A DNA stretch of 64,000 nucleotides, from the NCBI RefSeq assembly GCF_039932285.1, contig NZ_JBDTQE010000006.1, positions 1,582 through 65,581 on the forward strand, read 5' to 3'. Positions within the stretch are counted from its first letter, which is position 1. Each line of letters opens with the position of its first letter. The stretch is from Flavobacterium sp. Lineage in GTDB: Bacteria > Bacteroidota > Bacteroidia > Flavobacteriales > Flavobacteriaceae. The notes under the pieces are model-generated. The model did not search any database. It saw only the letters and a program-made list of their open reading frames with translations, and was not told the origin of the DNA. A program made the position numbers and the translations under genes. Shown here one piece after another: positions 49,822 to 57,728 of the stretch.

Positions 49822-49906
49822 TAAAAAAGAGGTAACAATATCAAACCATAATTGATATAACTATACAAACAAATAATAACAATATTAAAACATTAGAAAT
49901 CATGAA
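49822..49906 (+). promoter_or_regulatory. Duplicated promoter/5'UTR, copy 2 (GGTAAC-N15-TTGATA)
   Basis: GGTAAC at 49831, TTGATA at 49852. Confidence 0.7.
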
Positions 49907-50885
49907 AAATTTTAAAAACATTTCACTAGCAGTATTAGCAACAGCGTCATTAATAAGTTGTAGTAAGAATGATGATGAACCTATTCAAGAATTACCACCA
50001 TCATCTCAAGAATTTCAAGGAATTAGAGAAACAGCTTTGCAACATCAAACACAATCTTTTACTGCAACGGCAGGAACAGGAGTTATTACATTAACATCGG
50101 CAAAAGGAGTTACAATAACTCTAAACGGAAACAATCTTACAAAAAATGGTAATCCTGTAACAGGAAGTTTCGATATAAAGTTTATAGAACTTTTCGACAA
50201 AGGAACTATGTTAGTAACAAACAAACCGACAATGGGAGTTATGCCAAGTGGTGATAAAGGAATTCTAATTTCGGGTGGAGAATTTTACATAAATGCAACA
50301 CAAGGTGGAGTACAATTAGCAACACTGTCATCGATACAGCTAAATGTACCAAATAGCCTATCAGGAGACCCTCTAGATAACACAATGATGTTTTGGACAG
50401 GAGATACAACAGATGCCGATAATTTAGTTTGGAAAAGAGATGCAGGAGCAGCAACAGGAGTTCAAGGTGGAGCTGTGGGATTCAATCAAAATAGTTACAA
50501 TATGTCTTTTGGAAACTTCGGTTGGACAAATATAGACCGTTTTTATAACGACCCTAGACCAAAAACTCAAATACTAGCTACTGTTCCGGCAGGATATGAT
50601 AATACAAATAGCTCTATTTACTTATCTGTAGATGGTGAAGGTCAAAATCAATTAGCAAAATTTGATACATACAATGCAACAACACATCAGTTTAGCGAAC
50701 ATTATGGTCAAATTCCGATTGGGTTATTATGTCATGTCATTTTTGTAACCGAAGAAAGCGGACAATGGAGATACGGTATAAAAGCAGTAACTACAACAGC
50801 AGGAGCCGTTTATTCATTCTCACTTGCCGAAACAACGGTAGGAACTGAAGCCCAAATGATTGCGGCCATAAATGCAATACAATAA
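49902..50885 (+). CDS. Probably surface-exposed lipoprotein with a ZU5/FAM171-like beta domain
   Basis: Lipobox LISC followed by SKNDDE (acidic Bacteroidota lipoprotein export signal); LISGGEFYI and FGWTNID motifs. Confidence 0.6.
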   Translation: MKNFKNISLAVLATASLISCSKNDDEPIQELPPSSQEFQGIRETALQHQTQSFTATAGTGVITLTSAKGVTITLNGNNLTKNGNPVTGSFDIKFIELFDKGTMLVTNKPTMGVMPSGDKGILISGGEFYINATQGGVQLATLSSIQLNVPNSLSGDPLDNTMMFWTGDTTDADNLVWKRDAGAATGVQGGAVGFNQNSYNMSFGNFGWTNIDRFYNDPRPKTQILATVPAGYDNTNSSIYLSVDGEGQNQLAKFDTYNATTHQFSEHYGQIPIGLLCHVIFVTEESGQWRYGIKAVTTTAGAVYSFSLAETTVGTEAQMIAAINAIQ

Positions 50886-50963
50886 AAGTTTAGTTTGCTT
50901 GGTTAATTTAGAAAAAGTGATGGTTTCTCTGTCACTTTTTCTTACATTTATAAATAATTTGAT

Positions 50964-51117
50964 GCTATTTCCTGCACACGAGCCTGAAAGTGCGAACTGG
51001 CGAAGCAATGCGTTGCAATCTTTTTTTCGGAGAAAAACCTCAAAAAAGGATTTTCACTTCAAACGAAGTTCACTGAACTCCTTTGGTAATAGAGATATAA
51101 GTGAAGTAATTAGGGCT
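50964..51117. repeat. REP/MITE-like intergenic element
   Basis: GC-richer intergenic stretch with an imperfect hairpin (ATCTTTTTTT...AAAAAAGGAT). It resembles, from memory, an interspersed repeat of Flavobacterium genomes; this was not verified. Confidence 0.4.
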
Positions 51118-51134
51118 GAAAAAAATGAGTTATT

Positions 51135-53093
51135 ATGAAACAGTTTCTATCAATCACCATTCTTATACTATTTTTTTGTTTTCCTGAACTCGCTAAAGGA
51201 CAAACAAAAGTAAAAGATACTATAACTCGTAGAGCAACTATTGGATACGACAAGAACGGAAATCAAGTATCTCTAAAGCCTGAAACACCGCCGCTAATAC
51301 AAATAGCTGGTGCGCCAAAAGCAAGCTATTCCTATTTATGGGAAATGGGAGACGGAAATTATAGCAAAGAAGTAACGCCCAAACATGTTTACAAAAAAAA
51401 AGGAGAGTATAAGGTAAACCTTTCAGTTACGAATAATTATGACAACGGAAAGCCACCCAAAACTCGACCTAGAACAGTTGTAGTAAATGACATAAGCAAT
51501 ACAGAATTTTCTGAAATTGCTTCATTACAAGATACCACACAATATAAAATATTCAATAATCGCGAACCAGTTCCAGAAGAAGAAATGGTTATTGTTGTTA
51601 GTTACAAAAATCCCTTAAATTATGTAACTAACGGAAAATTATATTTCTTTTATAACGATAAGGAATTTAAAAATAATAATTTCGAATTGCTAGAAACCAG
51701 AACCCATTTTGGAGAAAAAGAAGTAATAGAAGACGGTTTTGCTTGTTCGGACGAAATCAATAATTCTTATGAGAATGTAGCTTCTACAATTTCAATACCA
51801 ACATTTATAAATTCATTTTTAATAGAAGAAAACCTAGATTTGACATTGTTAGAATCTAAAACATTATTTAGAAATGTAAAAATTTTAGAGTTTGATAATA
51901 TGAATGCTAATGAAACTCGTAACCTATTTTTCACATTCAAAACAACTCCAGAAATGATCAAAGATACTTCGGCAACTGTAAAAATGCGAGGTGTTTATGT
52001 CCCTGACAGAAATTACAAAAATCATAAAACGAAAACACTCGAAATGGAAATTGTAACTTCTCATGATCCAAATAAAATGTCTAGTAATGCAGCATTTATG
52101 AACTATAGGTTGGTGAGATTTAAAAAGATAAATTTTAAAACGCGTTTTCAAAATGATGGAGAAGGTCCAGCGAGAACGATTCGATTGGAAACCGATATTC
52201 CTGATATGTTTGACAAAAAAACATTACAAATTGTTGATTCCTATCCAAAATGTCCTATTTGTCCAAAAGGAAATGAAGTGAATTATAGTTGTTTAGACAC
52301 TATTATCAAGCAGAAACAAATATATTTTACTTTCAAGAATGTTTATCTTCCAGGAAGTACACAAAAAAATGTGACAGAAAAAGATAGTACAAAAGGTTTT
52401 GTAAAATATACGATGAGTTTTAATAAAGATTTTCATAAGCAAAATACCCGAAGTAAAACTGCTATTATTTTCGATAAAAACGAACCTGTAATTACAAATT
52501 ATGCAACAACAAGATTTTTGCCAGGTATTTCTATTGGAGCAAAAACTGGATATAATTTATTTACAAATTTAGAAAACTCTAAGAGTTATTTTGTTGCCGC
52601 TACAATTTCGCCTTACAAATCCTATCGTTGGTATTGGCAAATCGAATGGCAAAATAATTTTCATAAATACGATTCTAAATCATTGAAAAACAATGAACTA
52701 GTAAATCCTAATGGTACTGTATTACAACTCCAACAAACAACATTAACGACAAGTTTTGATAATTTAGTCATGGAAATACCAGTTTTAATAAAGTATAATA
52801 TTAATAATTATTTTGGTTTTGGAGTGGGAATACAAAATGGAATAAATATTTCTGAGAAACAAAGTTTACTAACAAATGTTAAGCTTTATGAAGGGGCTAA
52901 TACCAATGTTTTACTTAAAGAAAACAACAAAATAACTGAGGGAAAACAATCTTTTTCTAATTATAAATCGGGAGTTTTATTAGATTTTACAGCTGGTTTT
53001 TCTAGAATAGGTCCAAGTTTAGGTGTTAGATATAATTTAAGTCTCGAGAAAAATTTTAACTATTTACAATTTTATGGAATTTGGAAATTCTAA
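51135..53093 (+). CDS. Exported PKD + DPN-motif adhesin-type domain protein with a C-terminal outer-membrane beta-barrel
   Basis: Signal peptide; YLWEMGDG (PKD); TSHDPNK...RFQNDGEGPA...TAIIFDKNEPVITN; barrel-like C-terminus ending YLQFYGIWKF. Confidence 0.65.
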   Translation: MKQFLSITILILFFCFPELAKGQTKVKDTITRRATIGYDKNGNQVSLKPETPPLIQIAGAPKASYSYLWEMGDGNYSKEVTPKHVYKKKGEYKVNLSVTNNYDNGKPPKTRPRTVVVNDISNTEFSEIASLQDTTQYKIFNNREPVPEEEMVIVVSYKNPLNYVTNGKLYFFYNDKEFKNNNFELLETRTHFGEKEVIEDGFACSDEINNSYENVASTISIPTFINSFLIEENLDLTLLESKTLFRNVKILEFDNMNANETRNLFFTFKTTPEMIKDTSATVKMRGVYVPDRNYKNHKTKTLEMEIVTSHDPNKMSSNAAFMNYRLVRFKKINFKTRFQNDGEGPARTIRLETDIPDMFDKKTLQIVDSYPKCPICPKGNEVNYSCLDTIIKQKQIYFTFKNVYLPGSTQKNVTEKDSTKGFVKYTMSFNKDFHKQNTRSKTAIIFDKNEPVITNYATTRFLPGISIGAKTGYNLFTNLENSKSYFVAATISPYKSYRWYWQIEWQNNFHKYDSKSLKNNELVNPNGTVLQLQQTTLTTSFDNLVMEIPVLIKYNINNYFGFGVGIQNGINISEKQSLLTNVKLYEGANTNVLLKENNKITEGKQSFSNYKSGVLLDFTAGFSRIGPSLGVRYNLSLEKNFNYLQFYGIWKF

Positions 53094-53103
53094 ACACATC
53101 TAA

Positions 53104-55686
53104 ATGAGATTTTTTCACCTTCTTTTTTTATTTACTCAAATGGCTTTTTCTCAAGTTTCTCAGGTTACTTTAGAAGATAAAATTTATAATGCTGTCGATG
53201 TTTTTGTAGCAAATCCAAATGCTGAAAATTTAAGGAAACTAGAAATTGAAGAAAACTTTTTTAACGCAAAAACAAAACCTGAATTTCTAGCTTTAGTAAT
53301 ATTAAACTGTAATAAAGCATATTTCGAGAATCAATTTAGTTTGACCAATAAAGCTATTTCAACATACGAAAAAGCTTGGCAACTATACCAGAAAAATAAG
53401 CTTTCTAATTATGATATTACTGAATATTGTTTGAAACCTTTAGGAAATCTCTATACCATTATTGGCGACTATGATAGTGCGGAAAACACGATAAAACAAT
53501 ACTTCTTCATTGCAAATATCGATGAAAATCAGCAACAAAAAATCAGCGCAATCCTTAATTTATCTAATGTATACCAAAGTTCTGGAAAAAGTGATTTAGC
53601 CATTATATTAATAGAAAAAACACTTAAAACAGAAAAGCTAACACCAAGCCAAAAAGGAATGTTATTAAATAATCTAGGAACAAATTATCTAATAACTAAA
53701 AATAATGAGAAAGCTAAAAAGGCTTTAGAAACATCAATAAAGTTATTAAGTGGGAATAAATTACAATCGCAAAATTTATCGAATGCCTTTAGGAATTTAT
53801 CTCAAATTTACAGTCAAGAAAAAAACTTTGTATTAGCTAATTCTTATTTTGAAAAAGCCCAATCCGAATTCATAAAAACTAAAAATCAAGAACCTCGAAA
53901 AATAGCCAAACTTTTTTATGAAAAGGCATTGTTGTTTTTTGAACAAAATAGGATTAATGATGCAAAACTTTCTATTAATGAAGTTTATAAAGTTTTAATT
54001 CCCAATTATAATAGCAAAAATATTTTACCCAACCAGAAATCACTTTATGCCGAAACTCTTTTACTAGATGTTTTAGACCTACAAGCTGTAATCTTACTAA
54101 AAGAAAATAAGCCTAAAACAGCATTAGAGAGTTATATGCTTTCTTTTTACATAGAAGATTTGTTTCAGTCATTATTAGTGTATGAGAATTCTAAAATTAT
54201 ATCTCAAACAAGAATTAGAAGTCGAGCCGAAAAATGTATTGAGATTTATGATTATTTGTATCAAAAAGAAAAAAATGGCAGTTATGTAGAAAAAGCTTTT
54301 TTGTTGTCTGAAAAAACGAAATCGATTGTTTTAAAAAATTACATTAGTCAAGGTAAAACCATTTCCAAAGAAGAAAAAGTTATTTTAGAACAACTTCAAA
54401 ATTGGAATAATACAATTGTAAGAGAACAACAAAAACTAGGATTGGCAGATATTTCAAAAATAAATTTTGCTATAAAAAAGCAGAATGAATTGATGCTTTT
54501 GTTAAAATCTATTAAGTCTAAATATAGAAATTCATCGAAGGAAAATATAAATTTGATAAGTCTGTTTCAAAAATTGGATAAAGACAAAGCGATTCTAATT
54601 TCTTATTTTTCAGGTGCAGAAAACATGTATTCGTTTACTTTGCAAAATCATAAAATAAAACTTCAAAAAATAGAGAATGCAAACCAATCTAATTCTTCGA
54701 TTAGAAGGTTTATTACTTATTTTAGTGATGCAAACGCAATAACAAATGATGTTAGCGGTTATAATAATTTGGGAAATCAGGTTTATAAATATCTGAAATT
54801 ACCACAAAAATCAGAAGACAAAAACCTAATAATTATTCCTGACGGAATTCTAAATTTCTTTCCTTTTGAAGCAATGATAACAGAAAAAAGTACTACCACA
54901 AATTTTGCTAAAATGCATTATTTGCTCAATGATTTTGTTATTGGGTATAACAATTCGGTTTCATTTTACTTAGATGAGAAACCATTTCAATATCCAAAAG
55001 AAACTATTTTAGGTGTTTTTCCAATTTTTGAAAACTCAAATTTAGAGTTGTCTTTTTCGAAAAAGGAATTAGAGAATCTAAAAAACGGTTTTGAAGGTAA
55101 ATATTTAGAAAAAAGTGAGGCTACATTTAAAAATTTTAAGGCTAATGCATCACATTTTTCTATCCTTCATCTTTCAACACATGCATCGTCTGGTAATGTT
55201 GATGAACCTGCAAGTATACGATTTTATGATCAGGAGATATTGTATTCTGAGTTATATAATTTAAATATTAACCCTAATTTAGTTGTGCTTAGCGCTTGCG
55301 AAACGGGTTTGGGAAAACTATATAAATCTGAAGGAGCGATGAGTGTCGCAAGAGGCTTCCAGTTTGCAGGATCTCAAAATATATTATTTTCGTTATGGAA
55401 AGTAAATGATTATACGACTTCTCTTTTTATGGATAAATTTTATAAAAACATAAAAAAAGGGAATTCTTATTTTGGATCTAACCAGCAAGCAAAATTAGAT
55501 TTCCTAAAGGATAAATCTATTTCAAATGCTAAAAAATCCCCTTATTATTGGAGCGCTATGATTTATTATGGCACTTTAGAAAATGTAAATACAACAAATT
55601 ACTGGATTTGGATTTCAGTGGTTGGAATATTGATTGTTTTTTTATTCTGGTTTTTATATAGAAAAAAATTGAACTTTAATATGTGA
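53104..55686 (+). CDS. TPR-CHAT (caspase-like) protease with signal peptide and C-terminal TM anchor
   Basis: TPR region; CHAT motifs IIPDGILNFFPFEAM, HLSTHA (His), VVLSACETG (Cys) and SLWKVND; C-terminal YWIWISVVGILIVFLFWFLYRKK. Confidence 0.88.
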   Translation: MRFFHLLFLFTQMAFSQVSQVTLEDKIYNAVDVFVANPNAENLRKLEIEENFFNAKTKPEFLALVILNCNKAYFENQFSLTNKAISTYEKAWQLYQKNKLSNYDITEYCLKPLGNLYTIIGDYDSAENTIKQYFFIANIDENQQQKISAILNLSNVYQSSGKSDLAIILIEKTLKTEKLTPSQKGMLLNNLGTNYLITKNNEKAKKALETSIKLLSGNKLQSQNLSNAFRNLSQIYSQEKNFVLANSYFEKAQSEFIKTKNQEPRKIAKLFYEKALLFFEQNRINDAKLSINEVYKVLIPNYNSKNILPNQKSLYAETLLLDVLDLQAVILLKENKPKTALESYMLSFYIEDLFQSLLVYENSKIISQTRIRSRAEKCIEIYDYLYQKEKNGSYVEKAFLLSEKTKSIVLKNYISQGKTISKEEKVILEQLQNWNNTIVREQQKLGLADISKINFAIKKQNELMLLLKSIKSKYRNSSKENINLISLFQKLDKDKAILISYFSGAENMYSFTLQNHKIKLQKIENANQSNSSIRRFITYFSDANAITNDVSGYNNLGNQVYKYLKLPQKSEDKNLIIIPDGILNFFPFEAMITEKSTTTNFAKMHYLLNDFVIGYNNSVSFYLDEKPFQYPKETILGVFPIFENSNLELSFSKKELENLKNGFEGKYLEKSEATFKNFKANASHFSILHLSTHASSGNVDEPASIRFYDQEILYSELYNLNINPNLVVLSACETGLGKLYKSEGAMSVARGFQFAGSQNILFSLWKVNDYTTSLFMDKFYKNIKKGNSYFGSNQQAKLDFLKDKSISNAKKSPYYWSAMIYYGTLENVNTTNYWIWISVVGILIVFLFWFLYRKKLNFNM

Positions 55687-55729
55687 GTTAGTAAAGAATA
55701 AAAATCTATATGTTGTATAAAATTAGCTA

Positions 55730-56077
55730 TTAGTTCCTTTGAACTAATGATTCTTTAGACCATTTTTTTACTTCAGCGATTTGATTATTAGAGTAATCAA
55801 CTTCGTTTAATGTATTTTGATTCCAAAAAAACCATTTACCAGTTTTTACACCTTGGTTATATTCACCTTGTGATAGTTTTTCTCCAATCTCAGTAAATGA
55901 AACCCATTTTCCTTGAACTTTTCCATCTTTGTAAAAACCTGTTTGTTTTATTTGACCATTATCATGATAATAAGTGACCTTAACTAGATTTCCTTCGATT
56001 TCATATTTTGGTTCAATAGGTTGAGCAAAAATAACTCCTGACAACATCAAAACAGTTAACATTATATACTTTTTCAT
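55730..56077 (-). CDS. Small exported MORN-variant repeat protein
   Basis: Signal peptide AQ; YYHDNGQIKQTGFYKDGKVQGKW repeats. Confidence 0.75.
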   Translation of the reverse strand: MKKYIMLTVLMLSGVIFAQPIEPKYEIEGNLVKVTYYHDNGQIKQTGFYKDGKVQGKWVSFTEIGEKLSQGEYNQGVKTGKWFFWNQNTLNEVDYSNNQIAEVKKWSKESLVQRN

Positions 56078-56151
56078 AGCTTTGGGTTTTTATTGTTAAA
56101 CAATTATATAATCAAATATATAAATTATTTTACAATAAAAAAACTTTTACT

Positions 56152-56167
56152 TAACAATTTAGTAACA
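56152..56167 (-). promoter_or_regulatory. Pho-box-like direct repeat TGTTA-N6-TGTTA
   Basis: The minus strand reads TGTTA CTAAAT TGTTA; -7 box TATATTTG at 56120-56113. Confidence 0.55.
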
Positions 56168-56328
56168 TTAGATAAAATTTAACATTGCAAGTTGTTTCTA
56201 ACCTTTTTGGAATTATTTTTTTATTACTTTTTTACAAAATAAAACGGTTGCAAGAATTTCTTGCAACCGCCATTTTTATTATCAATAAAAGGATATTTCT
56301 ATTTTTGCAAATTTGCAGAAAATATGTT

Positions 56329-57534
56329 TTATTGAATTAAGTTTACACCGTCAACTGTTGACCAAGCTCCACCAACTAATGAGCTGCATCCTGTTGCTGA
56401 TGCATTAGTTGACCAATTTGCAACTGGGAAAGATACAGATATAGCAGCAGATCTTCCAATTGGAGTTAAAATGTTAGTATTAGTTACCTTAACATTCGTA
56501 ACTTTAATTTTAGATCCGTTTACTTGATTTGTATTTGTAGTAGTATCTTCAATTCTAACAACAGCACCATCATAAGTAACAGCTGGTGTTGCTGTGGTAG
56601 TTAATCCAAGGTAGCCATCTATTATAATATTATCAAAAAATCCATTTCCTTCTTTCTTGAATTGGAAAGCATCAACTTCATTGTTATCAATCTCAGAGCG
56701 ACATCCAGCGGCTCTTTTTAAAGTGATGTTTGAAACAACTGGATAATATGTATTGTTTTGGCTTGAAGCTTCTATTTCCATACCGTAGTTTGCTTTTCCA
56801 GTTTGGTATCCATACCAATTTGAATTATTTTGACCTTGCCATCCATCTTGCCAGTCGAATGCATCATCATAGTTACCGTAAGATATTAAATTAGTAGCAC
56901 TTACTGTTCCTCCAAAAAATTCATATCCATCATCAGCACCTTTATATGATACTAAGTGATCTAAGGTTGTTCCAGATCCGCAAGAATAAAATGTAAATCC
57001 ATTATTTTCTTTTACGCCTGAAGCTATTTGTGATCCAGCATACTCTACACGAGCATAATGCAACGATCCTCCATTGTGAGCAGGATTTGTTCCGCCATAT
57101 ACAATGTTATTACCATCTTCAGAAGTTGATGTTGTAGCACCACCAGCTGCATTTATTGGTGCATCACCATACATAATGATTCCACCCCATTTTCCAGGAA
57201 TTTTAGATACTTCCGTAAATACAACTGGACTAGAAGCTGTACCGTTTATGATTAATTTACCTCCGTTTAGTACAACTAAAGCGTTGTCTGTTGCAACAGT
57301 TCTGTCACAAGTTATTGTTGATCCAGCATCAAATGTTACTGTTACACCAGAGTTTATTTTTACAATTCCAACTAAAGAATAGTTTCCGTATGCGTAAGTA
57401 GTATTTGTTGTAATTGTACCTGTAATTGTACCTGAAGCAGGAGTAGTAATTGGTGTTGCTGTCTCGTCATCGCTACTTGTACAACCTGTAAAGATTGAAG
57501 CTATTATGCTTAAGCTAAAAATTAATTTTTTCAT
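56329..57534 (-). CDS. Surface lipoprotein with a probable parallel beta-helix
   Basis: Lipobox FTGC followed by TSSDDE export signal; WGGIIMYG, GSLHYARVEYAG and DDGYEFFGG repeats. Confidence 0.75.
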   Translation of the reverse strand: MKKLIFSLSIIASIFTGCTSSDDETATPITTPASGTITGTITTNTTYAYGNYSLVGIVKINSGVTVTFDAGSTITCDRTVATDNALVVLNGGKLIINGTASSPVVFTEVSKIPGKWGGIIMYGDAPINAAGGATTSTSEDGNNIVYGGTNPAHNGGSLHYARVEYAGSQIASGVKENNGFTFYSCGSGTTLDHLVSYKGADDGYEFFGGTVSATNLISYGNYDDAFDWQDGWQGQNNSNWYGYQTGKANYGMEIEASSQNNTYYPVVSNITLKRAAGCRSEIDNNEVDAFQFKKEGNGFFDNIIIDGYLGLTTTATPAVTYDGAVVRIEDTTTNTNQVNGSKIKVTNVKVTNTNILTPIGRSAAISVSFPVANWSTNASATGCSSLVGGAWSTVDGVNLIQ

Positions 57535-57588
57535 TGTGTTGTAGATTTTAATTGTTTTGACAAAAATACTTCTACATACTTTTACAAA

Positions 57589-57621
57589 AGTTATCTAAAT
57601 ATTATATGATGGTTATCTAAA
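57589..57621 (+). promoter_or_regulatory. Three 11-bp-period repeats upstream of the lipoprotein gene
   Basis: AGTTA-TCTAAA-TATTA-TATGAT-GGTTA-TCTAAA; minus-strand -7 box at 57568-57561. Confidence 0.45.
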
Positions 57622-57680
57622 ATCAATTAAAACATCAATCTAATGTTAAGTGTATGCGGTCATTTTTTAATAACAATAAA

Positions 57681-57706
57681 AAAAGCACTGAAATTTCAGT
57701 GCTTTT
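57681..57706 (-). terminator. Palindromic terminator downstream of the TonB receptor gene
   Basis: Perfect palindrome AAAAGCACTGAAATTTCAGTGCTTTT with an adjacent A-run (U-tract on the minus strand). Confidence 0.8.
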
Positions 57707-57728
57707 ATATCTATAATTTTATATTTCT

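Noticed and set aside
51084-51110. Third ECF-type promoter before 51135
   Set aside because: GGTAAT is present but there is no TTGATA at the conserved 21-nt offset.
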